Virus record (IMG/VR): IMGVR_UViG_3300028840_006257 | Span: 149,011 to 213,010 of that record | DNA length: 64,000 nt | Reading direction: 5' to 3' (one strand) | Shown: positions 19,403 through 29,500 of the stretch, piece by piece | Layout: every line of letters starts with the position of its first letter | Position numbering within the stretch: position 1 is the stretch's first letter | Notes under the pieces: generated by a model | Database searches by the model: none | The model's input: only the letters and a program-made list of their open reading frames with translations | What the model was told of the DNA's origin: nothing | Program-made: the position numbers and the translations under genes

Positions 19403-21361
19403 ATGGCTAGCCGAAACATCCCGGAGATCGTCGAGCAGCTCGAGCAGTGGCGCGAGGCGTACTACAACGCCGAGCCGCTCGTCGACGACGCCGAGTACGA
19501 CGCGCTCCTAGACGAGCTGCACGAGCTCGACCCCAACAACCCGTTCTTCAAGCACGTCGGCGCGACGCCGAAGGCTTCGACCAAGTGGAAGAAGGTCCGG
19601 CACGGCGCGCCGATGGGCTCCTTGAACAAGGTCCAGACTCCAGCCGAATTCGATGCCTGGGAGCAGGACGCCATCGCGAAGATCCGGGCAGCCGAGCGCG
19701 CCGGAGACCTCGACGGCCCAACGCGCGACTTTGTGATCAGCGAGAAGCTCGACGGCATCTCGGTCTCCATGCACTACGAGCAAGGCAGGCTGGCCGAGGC
19801 GATCACGCGGGGCGACGGCGAGACCGGCGAGGACATCACGCGCAACGTCCTGCTGATGAAGGGCGTCGTGAAGAAGGCGCGCGACTTCAGCGGGTACGTC
19901 CGAGGCGAGATCATCCTCACCAAGTCCGCCCACAAGAAGCACGTCCCCGACTACAAGAATCCTCGCAACGCGGCCTCCGGCATCGCAAAGCGCGAGTCCG
20001 ACCCGGAGCCCTGCAAGCACCTCACCGTGGTCTGCTACCAGGTCATCAGCGACAAGCACAACATCGAGCGCAAGAGCCACGAGTTCAGGCTGCTCGAGGC
20101 CCTCGGCTTCGAGACCCCGAACTGGGAACTCCTCAAGGCAGGTGATGCCAGGGAGGTCCAGCAGGTCTACGACGAGTACGTGGCGAAGAGGCGCGACGCG
20201 CTCGACTACGAGATCGACGGCCTCGTCATCGAGTTCGACGATCTCGCCGCGATGGAACATCTGGGCGAGCACGACGGGCGTCCGAAGGGCGCGCGGGCCT
20301 TCAAGTTTCCGCACGAGGAGCAGGCGACGAGGCTTCGAGAGATCGTCTGGCAGGTCGGCAACTCGGGTCGAGTGACCCCGGTCGCCTACTTCGATGGCGT
20401 GAGCCTCGCGGGCGCGACGGTGTCGCAGGCGAGCCTGCACAACGAGTCCAACGTCCGGCGCCTCGCCGCCAGCTGCCCCCAGGGCCTCCTCGGCAAGTCC
20501 GACAAGATCCTGGTCAGCCGCCGCAACGACGTGATCCCCTACGTGGAGAGGGTCATAGCTGCCTCCAAGAGGGAGCGCCTGGCCGTTCCGAATGAGTGTC
20601 CCTCCTGTGGCACGAGGCTGACCAAGAAGGGCGAGTACCTCGTCTGCGCGAACGAGAAGAAATGCCCCGCGCAGCGGAGCGGCGCCGTCAAGCGATGGGT
20701 CAAGAAACTCGACATCAAGGGATGGGGCGACACCCTCGTCGAGGCTCTGTGCGAGTCGGGGATGGTCCGCGGCGTGGCCGACCTGTACGGTCTCGACGCG
20801 GACGAGCTGGGCGACCTGACGCTCTCGGGCAAGAAGGTCGGCAAGAGCACGGCCACCAAGGTCCTCAAGAACCTGCGGGCCAAGATGAACCTGTCCATCG
20901 TGGACTTCGTCGGTTCCTTGGGCATCGACCTTTGGGGTCGCAGCATGGTGAAGTTCATCGTCCAGGCCGGGTTCGACACCCTGGAGAAGATGGAGGACGC
21001 CTCGGTGGCCCAGATCGCGGCCGTGCCTGGCGTCGGTGACACGAAGGCCACGGCCTTCGTGGACGGGTTCAAGCACCGCCGGAAGGTGATTGACGAGCTC
21101 CTGGCCGCGGGCGTGAAGATCAAGAAGCCGGTGACGGGCGGCAAGCTGAGCGGCGTGTCGTTCTGCTTCACAGGAGTGCGCGACCGCGCCTTCGAGACGC
21201 AGATCGAGGAGGCGGGCGGCACCGTGAAGAGCGGCGTTGGTAAGGGCCTGACCTACCTAGTCGCGAAGTCGAAAAGCGGCTCTTCTGCCAAACTCAAGAA
21301 GGCTAAGGCTCAAGGAGTCCAGATCCTCACTTTGGAGGAAGCGAAAGGGTTTCTGAAATGA
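19403..21361 (+). CDS. ligA: NAD+-dependent DNA ligase
   Basis: YYN..DAEYD, MGSLNK, EKLDG, RGE, NPRNAASG, DGLV, C4 Zn finger, HhH, BRCT (FCFTG). Confidence 0.95.
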   Translation: MASRNIPEIVEQLEQWREAYYNAEPLVDDAEYDALLDELHELDPNNPFFKHVGATPKASTKWKKVRHGAPMGSLNKVQTPAEFDAWEQDAIAKIRAAERAGDLDGPTRDFVISEKLDGISVSMHYEQGRLAEAITRGDGETGEDITRNVLLMKGVVKKARDFSGYVRGEIILTKSAHKKHVPDYKNPRNAASGIAKRESDPEPCKHLTVVCYQVISDKHNIERKSHEFRLLEALGFETPNWELLKAGDAREVQQVYDEYVAKRRDALDYEIDGLVIEFDDLAAMEHLGEHDGRPKGARAFKFPHEEQATRLREIVWQVGNSGRVTPVAYFDGVSLAGATVSQASLHNESNVRRLAASCPQGLLGKSDKILVSRRNDVIPYVERVIAASKRERLAVPNECPSCGTRLTKKGEYLVCANEKKCPAQRSGAVKRWVKKLDIKGWGDTLVEALCESGMVRGVADLYGLDADELGDLTLSGKKVGKSTATKVLKNLRAKMNLSIVDFVGSLGIDLWGRSMVKFIVQAGFDTLEKMEDASVAQIAAVPGVGDTKATAFVDGFKHRRKVIDELLAAGVKIKKPVTGGKLSGVSFCFTGVRDRAFETQIEEAGGTVKSGVGKGLTYLVAKSKSGSSAKLKKAKAQGVQILTLEEAKGFLK

Positions 21362-21840
21362 ATCAGTGCCCGGTCTGTCACCAAGATTTCCAGAATGTGT
21401 GGGGGCATGCCAGGAAGCACCGCGACGTGGCTCATCGGTCGTTTGTGGAGGAGATGGTGGAGGAAGTTATCCAGGATTTCCACTCTCGCGAGACGGCAGT
21501 ACAGGTCGCACAGCGATTTCCGTTCAACCCGGAGGTAGTGAAACGAATTTGGCGCGACCACTACACTGTGGAGGAACGTACCCACAGGCGTCTTTCGTTG
21601 CTGGCTCGCGAGCGACCATCGTGTAAAAGGTATGGGAAACCTGTGAAGGAAATGAGGGGCAAATTCTGTTCGGTTCGGTGCTCCAACATGGTGAACGGTC
21701 AGAGGAGCGATTTCCGAAAGCGTCGTTCGCAGAGTTTGAAAGGACGCCCCAAGACGGAAGTCCACCGCCAGAGGATCTCGGAGACTTTGAAACGTGAAGC
21801 GGAGCAGGGAACTCTGGCGCCGCCCTCAGAGCCCCTATAG
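21358..21840 (+). CDS. NUMOD3-like DNA-binding protein, probable truncated homing endonuclease
   Basis: C2H2-like start, KFCSVRC, SLKGRPKTEVHRQRISETLK; lower GC; no nuclease domain visible. Confidence 0.6.
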   Translation: MNQCPVCHQDFQNVWGHARKHRDVAHRSFVEEMVEEVIQDFHSRETAVQVAQRFPFNPEVVKRIWRDHYTVEERTHRRLSLLARERPSCKRYGKPVKEMRGKFCSVRCSNMVNGQRSDFRKRRSQSLKGRPKTEVHRQRISETLKREAEQGTLAPPSEPL

Positions 21841-21906
21841 CACTCCTTCAGCGTGGGATCGATGCTCACGGTGGGTCGGCGTCCCCTGCGGGCGTACAAG
21901 GGAGGC

Positions 21907-22563
21907 ATGAAGCTCGCGGATGCCTACGAGCGCATTCGGCTCAAGCCGCTCGTCCCGTTCGAGCGAGGAGAGGGCGTCCTGGTGCGCCGCGCCGTCGGCG
22001 GGGTGGGGATCAGGGGCATAGGTTCCTCGGTTCACATGCTCGTCGAGCTCTACCTCGATCTGGCCGACGCCCTCCGAGAAGTCGCCTTGTGGGAACGGCA
22101 TCGGGTCAGGTTCTTGGTGGTATGTCTCGACCATCACCAGGCTCGGGATTTCCGCGGAGTGCTGGAGCAGATCCACGGCACTCTCGACCAGGATGTCGCC
22201 CTCGACCAGATCAGCTTCTTCCCCGAGACCTCCGACGAGCAGCGTCTCCGTGGATACGAGTGGCACTCGTGGGGCGTGTTCTGCGACCACGCCGTCAAGG
22301 AGAGGCACGACCTGGAGAGGTCGGTCGGTCCCTACCGCCTGGTACGGTCGCTCGAGCGTGGCTCCTCGGCGTGGGTGGCTCGCGACCGCGACGGAGGGCT
22401 CGTCTGTCACCTGACCGACGATGGCATGCGGGATCTCGTCGACGCCAGCCCGTGCCCGATCACCTACCGTCCGGACCCGAAGGTTGTTCCCGTCACGTAC
22501 CCGGCGTGGTCTAGCTTCGGTGATCGGATCGACATCAGGCTGACGAGGGCCTTTCAGCTGTGA
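21907..22563 (+). CDS. hypothetical protein
   Basis: GGGAGG RBS before ATG 21907. Confidence 0.6.
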   Translation: MKLADAYERIRLKPLVPFERGEGVLVRRAVGGVGIRGIGSSVHMLVELYLDLADALREVALWERHRVRFLVVCLDHHQARDFRGVLEQIHGTLDQDVALDQISFFPETSDEQRLRGYEWHSWGVFCDHAVKERHDLERSVGPYRLVRSLERGSSAWVARDRDGGLVCHLTDDGMRDLVDASPCPITYRPDPKVVPVTYPAWSSFGDRIDIRLTRAFQL

Positions 22564-23147
22564 GCACGTCCAGACTTCGGGCTAGGGCCGACAGGGTCAA
22601 TCAGGAGTGCGACCTGGGCGCGCTCCTGCAGGAGTACGGCTACGCGGTCGTCCCGGATCGCCAGCGCGAGCAGCAGTTCTCGTGCGACCTGCACGGCGTG
22701 GACGCGAAGCCGTCGGCCCGGCTCTACGGCGCGACCAACTCGACGTACTGCTGGGTCTGTCAGAAGACCCGCGATCCCATCGCCTACGTCATGGAGAAAG
22801 AGCACGTCGGCTTCGTCGAGGCCGTCGACATGCTCGAGAGGCGCCTGGGGCTTTCCCCGCTTCCGTGGAAGGACGAGGAGGAGCGGCCGAGGGACCTGGT
22901 CGACGAGCTCGAGGACCTAGCCTCTGCCGACGGGGGCTATGAGGTGGAACGTGGTCGCGCGCGCCGTTTCCTCGATCAGCTCACCCAGGAACGCGAGCTC
23001 GACGTGCTCACGCTCCTCGCTTTCTGGGAGGCGTTCGATCGGGTCGAGTACGCGGTCGCCAGGCAGGGTTGGCCCGAGAGGAAGGGCGCCGAGGCGATGG
23101 CGAAGATCAGGGAGCGCGTGATGGCTCGTCTTCGGGAGGCATCGTGA
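22560..23147 (+). CDS. CHC2 zinc-finger (primase Zn-binding domain) protein without TOPRIM
   Basis: SCDLHG.D.KPS..YCWVC..DPIAYVME.E...FVEAV. Confidence 0.8.
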   Translation: MSTSRLRARADRVNQECDLGALLQEYGYAVVPDRQREQQFSCDLHGVDAKPSARLYGATNSTYCWVCQKTRDPIAYVMEKEHVGFVEAVDMLERRLGLSPLPWKDEEERPRDLVDELEDLASADGGYEVERGRARRFLDQLTQERELDVLTLLAFWEAFDRVEYAVARQGWPERKGAEAMAKIRERVMARLREAS

Positions 23148-23599
23148 TTCGCGGGTTCCGCTACGTCGTTCTCGACGACCCCGACCGTCATGCTCGGCTC
23201 CCCGTGATGTTCCCGACGCCGCGGCGCGACGAGCCGTGGGGGGTACTGGCACCCCTGCGCGGGACGAAGTGGGGCGAACAGATTCCCGTCGTCACGGGCG
23301 AGGCGCTGTCGCACGCGCTCCACGGACATCCGAAGATGCTTCGTGAAATGTGGGGCAACCCTCCCCGGACGCGCGCCATGCGACTCGAGGCGAAGCACCG
23401 ACTATGCCACGAGCACCAGCACGGCATCTGCGCGATCAGGACCCCCGACTGCCACCCGGGTTCCGCGCAGATGCCCGACTGCTACGTCGCTCCCCTTCAG
23501 GACCAACACGTCAGGCGCCTGGCGGACGTCGTGGCCCGCGCCTGGGCCGAGGACCGGCACGTGTTCGTGGTCGAGGGACCCGAGTTCGTCGTCACGTAG
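23144..23599 (+). CDS. hypothetical Cys/His-containing protein
   Basis: GGGAGG RBS, GTGA overlap. Confidence 0.65.
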   Translation: MIRGFRYVVLDDPDRHARLPVMFPTPRRDEPWGVLAPLRGTKWGEQIPVVTGEALSHALHGHPKMLREMWGNPPRTRAMRLEAKHRLCHEHQHGICAIRTPDCHPGSAQMPDCYVAPLQDQHVRRLADVVARAWAEDRHVFVVEGPEFVVT

Positions 23600-23641
23600 G
23601 AACGTGAAAACCGAGGCGGGTAGAACCAGAAGAGAACACCC

Positions 23642-26600
23642 GTGAACCTGAGTTTCCTGGACAGCCTTGAGGAGGCGACTAGGCCCGACGTGGAACGCCG
23701 CGCCTGGATCGACGACGTGCACCTGGAGCTCGTGACCGAGAAGACGCTGGACGGCGTCGTGGACGACTGCATCGCGTCGGGGCGTTTCGGTTGTGACCTG
23801 GAGACCACAGGTCTCGACAACCGGGTGTTCGACGGACGCACCAAGGACCAGATCGTCGGCTACTGCCTCAGCCCGGACGTGAAGCGGGGTTACTACATCC
23901 CCGTCCGGCACCGGAAGGGAGAGCAGCACAACCTCCCGATCCAGCGGGTCGAGACGGCCATCCGTCGCCTGGTGAGCTCCGAGGCCGTGGCAATCTTCCA
24001 CCATGCGAAGTTCGACCAGGAGTTCCTCCAGTTCTGCGACCTCGGCCTCTGGGACGAGCCGCGCCAGTTCGACGACACGATGATCCTGGCGTACCTGTGG
24101 AACGCCAGGAACAAGCAGAAGGGCCTGAAGTACCTGGTCAGGACCCTCCTCGGCGTCGACATGATCGAGCTGGACGAGCTGTTTCCGGGCGATCACAAGG
24201 GCGCCAAGGACTTCTCCGAGCTCGACCCGTCGTGGGACCCCTGCGTCTGGTACGCGGCGGCGGACCCGCTGTTCACCTACCGGCTGTACGAGCACCTTCA
24301 TCCCCTCGTGGCCGCGCCGGACGGGGACCGCGGGAGGGGGCAGGAGGTCGTCTACAACCTCGAGAAGATGTGCCTGCCGGCGACGCGCTGGATGGAGCGG
24401 TGCCGGGTCTACATTGACCAGGACAGGGTGACCGAGTTGATGCAGCTCGGACAGCAGGAGTACTTCGACTCGATGCGGGAGATCTACGACTTCTCCAACG
24501 AGTCTCTCGGGCGGCGCATCGAACCAGGGTGGTTCAGGCTGCTGCGCGAGAAGTTCGTCGCGGACAATCCCGACTACAACATCAACCAGCAGATCCACGA
24601 CTGTCGGCTCGAGGCGAAGAGGAAGGGGTTCGACGACCTGGACGGCAAGGGGCACTACTTCAAGACCGAGAAGGGGTGGCCCGAGCGCTGCGACGTGTTG
24701 AGTCGAGAGCAGCTCGGTCCCCTGTTCGAGGAACTCCAGATACCGGACCTGCGCAAGACGGAGAAGAAGGAGCAGGTTCAGACGACGCAGGCCGAGATCG
24801 CGCGCCTCGAGGAGCAGCATGGCGAGAAGTACCCGTTCCTGCCCAAGATCAAGCGCCTCGGCGAGCTGCAGAAGGCCCTGGGGACCTACCTCATCTCGCT
24901 CCGCAACGACGTGGGCCCCGACGGGACCCTGAAGATCGACTACAACCAGTGCGGGACGGACACGGGTCGCTTCACGACTCCCTCGTCGCAGAATCCTGCG
25001 TCCGACGGCGGGACGAAGTTCCCTATGCACGGGACCCCGGCCACCTACGACAAGTCGCGTCCTCAGTGTCTCCTGCGAGCTCGCGAGTGCGTCAAGGCGC
25101 GGCCCGGCAAGGCGATGGTCGCGTGCGATTTCGGTGGGGTCGAACTCAGGATCGCCACCATCCTGTCGGGCGAGCCCCTGTGGCTCCGCGAGTTCTTCCG
25201 GTGCAGCACGTGCGGCCAGACGTTTGACCGCGGCGACGGCAAGAGCACGCCGCCGGCTCCTCCGGCCTACTGTCCCAAGTGCGGGGACGACCGTATTGGA
25301 GACCTGCACACCCTGACCGGCATCACCTTCTTCGGCGAGGACAAGGTCGGCACGAAGGAGTGGAAGCAGCTGCGGAACCGAGCGAAGAGCGCCAACTTCA
25401 GCATGGCGTACGGAGGGGGGCCCTCCTCCATAGTCCGCACCATCAAGTGCGACGAGCAGGAGGCCTCGCGGCACCATCTGGCCTTCAACCGAACCTACTC
25501 GACGCTGAAGGCGTGGTGGGACAGCGTAAAGGCGTTCGGCCGCGCGCACGGATACGTCAAGACGGCCTTCGGGCGCCACTACCCTATCCCCGACATCCAG
25601 CTGCCGACGAACGCCCGCGGCGTGCAGAAGCAACTCGCGGAGCAGTACAAGGCGAGGGTCGCGGCCGGGAAGAAGGCGACGCCGCCTGACGAAGCGGCCA
25701 TCCGGCGCCAGATGGACTGGAACCGAAAGTTCCGAGCGAAGGCCGAGCGCAACGCGACCAACGGACCGATCCAGGGCTGTCTTCACGCGGACTGTCGGAT
25801 TCCGACGTCTCTTGGGACTTGTCGGATCCAGGACCTCTGGGAACTCCGTGAACGAGGAGTTAGTAGATTCAAGGTATGGACCGGGCGAAACTGGGAGGCC
25901 GCGTGCGCCCTCTACTCAGGATTGAAGGAGCTCGTCGTCACGGAGTTCGAATCGGGACAGACCATCAGGACGAGCCCCGAACACCTGTTTCGCGTGTATC
26001 GGGAGGGGGCGTTCGGCTGGGTTCGGCAGGACGAGCTCACGCCGGACATGTGGGTGGCGACGAATTCAATGCCCGTGATCTCAGAGGGAGAACCCGTTTA
26101 CTCGTACGACTCGACGACGTTCGACCTAGAGGGGGACCCGGTCAAGATTCCGAATTTTCCCCACAATCGAAAGCCGTTCGTCTTCAAAGGAAATTCCCCA
26201 ATCTTGTGGGAGTTTCTCGGAATGGTTTACGGAGACGGGACCATCCAGACGGATTACTTGCTGGTCCACGTCGGGGAGGCGCCGAAGCACCTTACGACCG
26301 ACTTCTCCGCCGAGCGGCTTGCTCGCGAATGCGCGGAGGAACTCAACGACGCGCTGGAAATTGGAGCCATAGCCCGGAAAAGATGTCGAAGGGAGGGCGA
26401 CGCTCGGCGCCCTACCTGGCAGATCAAGGTCCACAATAAGTCGTTTCGCGACTTTTGCCGGATCGTGTTGGGCGTCGAAGATCAGAACACCTGGACCAAG
26501 CGGTTCCCCCGCGCCGTGTGGTCGGAGAGCTACGAGAACCGCAACGCTTTCCTTCGGGGGTATTTTTCGGCCGACGGTGGCATCAACTGCGAAAGCGTGA

Positions 26601-27910
26601 TCGATGTCCGGAGCGTGAACGAGGGTCTTCTGCGAGACGCGCACCAGCTGCTTCGCTCGGTCGGCATTCGTTCCACTCTCCGGCTGGCCTCTCAACGGGT
26701 GTCCGTCAAGGATCGACGAGCTTTTCGGGATCGAGTGGGATTCCTTCATTCCTACAAGCGCGACCGCATGGCCGCCATGACCGAGAATCCGTACTTCGAT
26801 CAGTGGCACCTCTGTCCTCCAGATCTCGTTGGACGAGTGGGTCAGTGCGTTCGAGAGTCCTCGCTGTGGCTGACCCTGACCAAGGACGAGAAGTCCGCCG
26901 TCTACCGGCTGATGAAGGGTTCGGGAAGCAAGTCACAGTGTCTTCGTTTTCTCAACCGAGTGAAGGGCGCCGAGGTTCCGCAGAGCCTGCGGGACGCCCT
27001 AGTATACGACTTCGAGCGCATCGTCGATTCTGAGCATACTGGAGAAATCGTCGAGATGTATGATGTCGAGGTGTTCGACGACGAGCACGCGTTCGTGGCC
27101 GACGGTTACGTCGTCCACAACACCTCGGCGGACATCACGAAGCTGGCGATGGCCCTGATCTACAAGGAGTGCAAGAAGCGGGACTGGCTCGACAAGGTCT
27201 ACATGATCATCACGATTCACGACGAGCTCGTGTTCGAGATCGATCTCGACATCCTCGCGGAGGCCGTCGAGGTGTTCCAGGAGATCATGACCCGGAACAG
27301 GACGATCACGAAGATGTGCTGGTCCGTGCCCCTCACCACCGACTGCGAGATCGGGTTCGACTGGACCGTCCCGTACGACGTGAAGGACTTCAAGTACCGT
27401 CGGGTGCGGCCCGACGGCGTCCAGGTCAACGAGAAGGGGGAGCCGACCAAGAAGGTGTGGCCCGAGGAGTTCGTGAAACTCTTCGGTCCGGTGTACGGGT
27501 TTGCCGGGGACGCGGAGGCTCCTCCGGCCCCGGCTTTCAAGCCCCTTCCCGCACCGCCCGCGGAGGCGCCCCAGAAGGCCCAGGAGGCGCCCGCACCCGT
27601 CGAGGCCCCGTCGCTCCCGGAACGCGTCGTCGAGGCTCCCGAGCGCTCTGAGACGCCCTCGACGCCTCTCCCGGCGCCGACCCTCCCGTCGGCGCCCCTG
27701 GAACGTGGTCAGGTCTATGAGTACCGGCTGCGCGCCCTCGGGGTCGGCGTCGCGGACCGCCTGGCGCGCGCCATCGTACAGTGCCACGGTCGGGGGTCGC
27801 ACCCGCTGCGCGTCGTCGGTCCGACGGGCGAGGAGGCCCTATGGGCCGGCGCGGAGATTCTGGTAAACCCCATTGAGTTCGAGACCGTCGCCGGCATGTA
27901 CGGAATCTGA
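23642..27910 (+). CDS. family A DNA polymerase with 3'-5' exonuclease domain and intein
   Basis: DLETTG, HAKFD, YAAAD; TGR; motif A DFGGVELR; motif B R..AK..NF...YG; NGPIQG|TSAD; motif C IHDE. Confidence 0.95.
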   Translation: MNLSFLDSLEEATRPDVERRAWIDDVHLELVTEKTLDGVVDDCIASGRFGCDLETTGLDNRVFDGRTKDQIVGYCLSPDVKRGYYIPVRHRKGEQHNLPIQRVETAIRRLVSSEAVAIFHHAKFDQEFLQFCDLGLWDEPRQFDDTMILAYLWNARNKQKGLKYLVRTLLGVDMIELDELFPGDHKGAKDFSELDPSWDPCVWYAAADPLFTYRLYEHLHPLVAAPDGDRGRGQEVVYNLEKMCLPATRWMERCRVYIDQDRVTELMQLGQQEYFDSMREIYDFSNESLGRRIEPGWFRLLREKFVADNPDYNINQQIHDCRLEAKRKGFDDLDGKGHYFKTEKGWPERCDVLSREQLGPLFEELQIPDLRKTEKKEQVQTTQAEIARLEEQHGEKYPFLPKIKRLGELQKALGTYLISLRNDVGPDGTLKIDYNQCGTDTGRFTTPSSQNPASDGGTKFPMHGTPATYDKSRPQCLLRARECVKARPGKAMVACDFGGVELRIATILSGEPLWLREFFRCSTCGQTFDRGDGKSTPPAPPAYCPKCGDDRIGDLHTLTGITFFGEDKVGTKEWKQLRNRAKSANFSMAYGGGPSSIVRTIKCDEQEASRHHLAFNRTYSTLKAWWDSVKAFGRAHGYVKTAFGRHYPIPDIQLPTNARGVQKQLAEQYKARVAAGKKATPPDEAAIRRQMDWNRKFRAKAERNATNGPIQGCLHADCRIPTSLGTCRIQDLWELRERGVSRFKVWTGRNWEAACALYSGLKELVVTEFESGQTIRTSPEHLFRVYREGAFGWVRQDELTPDMWVATNSMPVISEGEPVYSYDSTTFDLEGDPVKIPNFPHNRKPFVFKGNSPILWEFLGMVYGDGTIQTDYLLVHVGEAPKHLTTDFSAERLARECAEELNDALEIGAIARKRCRREGDARRPTWQIKVHNKSFRDFCRIVLGVEDQNTWTKRFPRAVWSESYENRNAFLRGYFSADGGINCESVIDVRSVNEGLLRDAHQLLRSVGIRSTLRLASQRVSVKDRRAFRDRVGFLHSYKRDRMAAMTENPYFDQWHLCPPDLVGRVGQCVRESSLWLTLTKDEKSAVYRLMKGSGSKSQCLRFLNRVKGAEVPQSLRDALVYDFERIVDSEHTGEIVEMYDVEVFDDEHAFVADGYVVHNTSADITKLAMALIYKECKKRDWLDKVYMIITIHDELVFEIDLDILAEAVEVFQEIMTRNRTITKMCWSVPLTTDCEIGFDWTVPYDVKDFKYRRVRPDGVQVNEKGEPTKKVWPEEFVKLFGPVYGFAGDAEAPPAPAFKPLPAPPAEAPQKAQEAPAPVEAPSLPERVVEAPERSETPSTPLPAPTLPSAPLERGQVYEYRLRALGVGVADRLARAIVQCHGRGSHPLRVVGPTGEEALWAGAEILVNPIEFETVAGMYGI
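25778..27121 (+). mobile_element. intein with LAGLIDADG endonuclease (448 aa) in PolA IQG|T
   Basis: Begins CLHADCRI, SPEH, LGMVYGDG and LRGYFSADG, ends YVVHN|T. Confidence 0.93.
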
Positions 27911-27941
27911 CCGTCGGTAGAGTAGACCCAGGACACGACCC

Positions 27942-28553
27942 ATGCTCAAACCGCTAGAGACCGAGTTCAAGGGACGGCCCCTGTCTCTCGAGTGCACCCA
28001 CAGGCGCAACTTCCCTCCGCCTCAGATGTACGGACATACGATCGAGGACATCGACGTGCTGTGGAAGCAGGGGAACCTCGATCAGAATCAGCACCAGCTG
28101 CTCAAGACCTGGGCCGAGAACTGTGGCCTGATGGTCATGGGACCACGCTGCCTCGACTGTCCTCTCGCCCTCAAGCGGAATCCGCGTCCGGGTCGCCCCG
28201 AGGTCATCGAGACGGAGAACTGGCTCGAGGCCAAGCGCAGGATGCACTGGGAGGACATGAAGGCGGCCAAAAGGTCCGAGGAAGGTGACGACCTCGAACA
28301 GCAGGAGGTCTCGGTGAGCGCGGTCGTGGACGACGTCGACGAGCCGCCACAGCCCGAGGACCTGGAATCCGTTCCCTGGACTGACAAGGAACCCGTCGGC
28401 TTCAGGGACGTCGACGTGCCTGCTCCGCTCGGTGAGGCCGGGGACGAGGAACCCGAAGCTGCCGAGGAGGCCGACAAGGCGAGCGAAAAGTCGTCGGCAT
28501 TGAAGGAGCCGGTCCTCTCCCAGGACATCATCGAGGCGCTCGCGGACGACTGA
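27942..28553 (+). CDS. hypothetical protein with acidic C-terminus
   Basis: 203 aa ORF, TGATG-coupled to the next gene. Confidence 0.7.
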   Translation: MLKPLETEFKGRPLSLECTHRRNFPPPQMYGHTIEDIDVLWKQGNLDQNQHQLLKTWAENCGLMVMGPRCLDCPLALKRNPRPGRPEVIETENWLEAKRRMHWEDMKAAKRSEEGDDLEQQEVSVSAVVDDVDEPPQPEDLESVPWTDKEPVGFRDVDVPAPLGEAGDEEPEAAEEADKASEKSSALKEPVLSQDIIEALADD

Positions 28554-29500
28554 TGGTGAAGCCGAGGCGTCTTGAGCTCGACCCGAACGACCGGGTGGTC
28601 GGCGTCCGTGCTCGAGAGAAGCGCGACCTCTTCGCGGGCTGCAACGAGCCCGGCCAGCGGTGGTTTCAGCGCGACCCTCACGAGTTCGAGCGCATCCACT
28701 GCCGCATCTGCAAGAACGCGGACTGCATCCGGGCGAAGGGAGCGGTCAGTCCTTGGGCGACTCGGATGCAGGAACAGGTGGACTACCTGCTCAACGCCCC
28801 GATCTTCTCCGACATGACCTCTCCCGAGCACAAGGCCCTGGCAGAGATGGCGTTCGAGTCGATCAGGGCGAAGGCCGAGCGCCTGGAGATCGCTCGTGAG
28901 CGCCAGGACTGGACGATCCCCGACGACGGCCCGACCGACGGCTACGATAGGGTCTCGCAACCCGCGACCACGGAGGGCTTCGACGACGCCGTCAAGGCGC
29001 TGGCAAAGGCCAAGGGCAGGCCCGAACCCGAGCTGCCCACCGAGCGTCGGGAAGAGGGCCCAGCCCACTTCACGCCGGGTACCGACGAGGAACCCGAGTA
29101 CGAGACTCGGTACCCGTCCTCGGACGGGAGCCGGACCTACCACGTGATGCTCGCGAGAGATGGTGCGTGGTCATGTGAGTGCGAGGGGTTCAGGCATCGC
29201 GGCAAGTGCAAGCACCTGGCGACCGTGCGCGCCTGGTACGAGGAGGAGGTGCGCAAGATCGAGGAGACCGAGCGGCGTCGGGAGGAGGAACGGATCTCGC
29301 CTCCGCCTCCTCGGCCCACGGCCGACCCTCGCGTGCCCGTGAGCCGACCGCACAACACTCCGATGCCTCCCGGCGGCGTGATGGTGGGGGGAGCAGACTC
29401 GTCGGCCTCCTCGAGGGTCGAGAGGGATCCCTGGGAGATTCCCGACGAGCACGTGGTCGAGCCCGGGGCGACGGTCACGGTGAGGAGGAGCAAGAAGTGA
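28553..29500 (+). CDS. SWIM zinc-finger protein
   Basis: WSCECEGF....KCKH. Confidence 0.75.
   Translation: MVKPRRLELDPNDRVVGVRAREKRDLFAGCNEPGQRWFQRDPHEFERIHCRICKNADCIRAKGAVSPWATRMQEQVDYLLNAPIFSDMTSPEHKALAEMAFESIRAKAERLEIARERQDWTIPDDGPTDGYDRVSQPATTEGFDDAVKALAKAKGRPEPELPTERREEGPAHFTPGTDEEPEYETRYPSSDGSRTYHVMLARDGAWSCECEGFRHRGKCKHLATVRAWYEEEVRKIEETERRREEERISPPPPRPTADPRVPVSRPHNTPMPPGGVMVGGADSSASSRVERDPWEIPDEHVVEPGATVTVRRSKK

Noticed and set aside
23402-25786. Long antisense or alternate-frame ORFs (also 48899-50953, 45109-46704, 19508-21076, 61899-63326)
   Set aside because: Shadows of GC3-rich real genes; no motifs.
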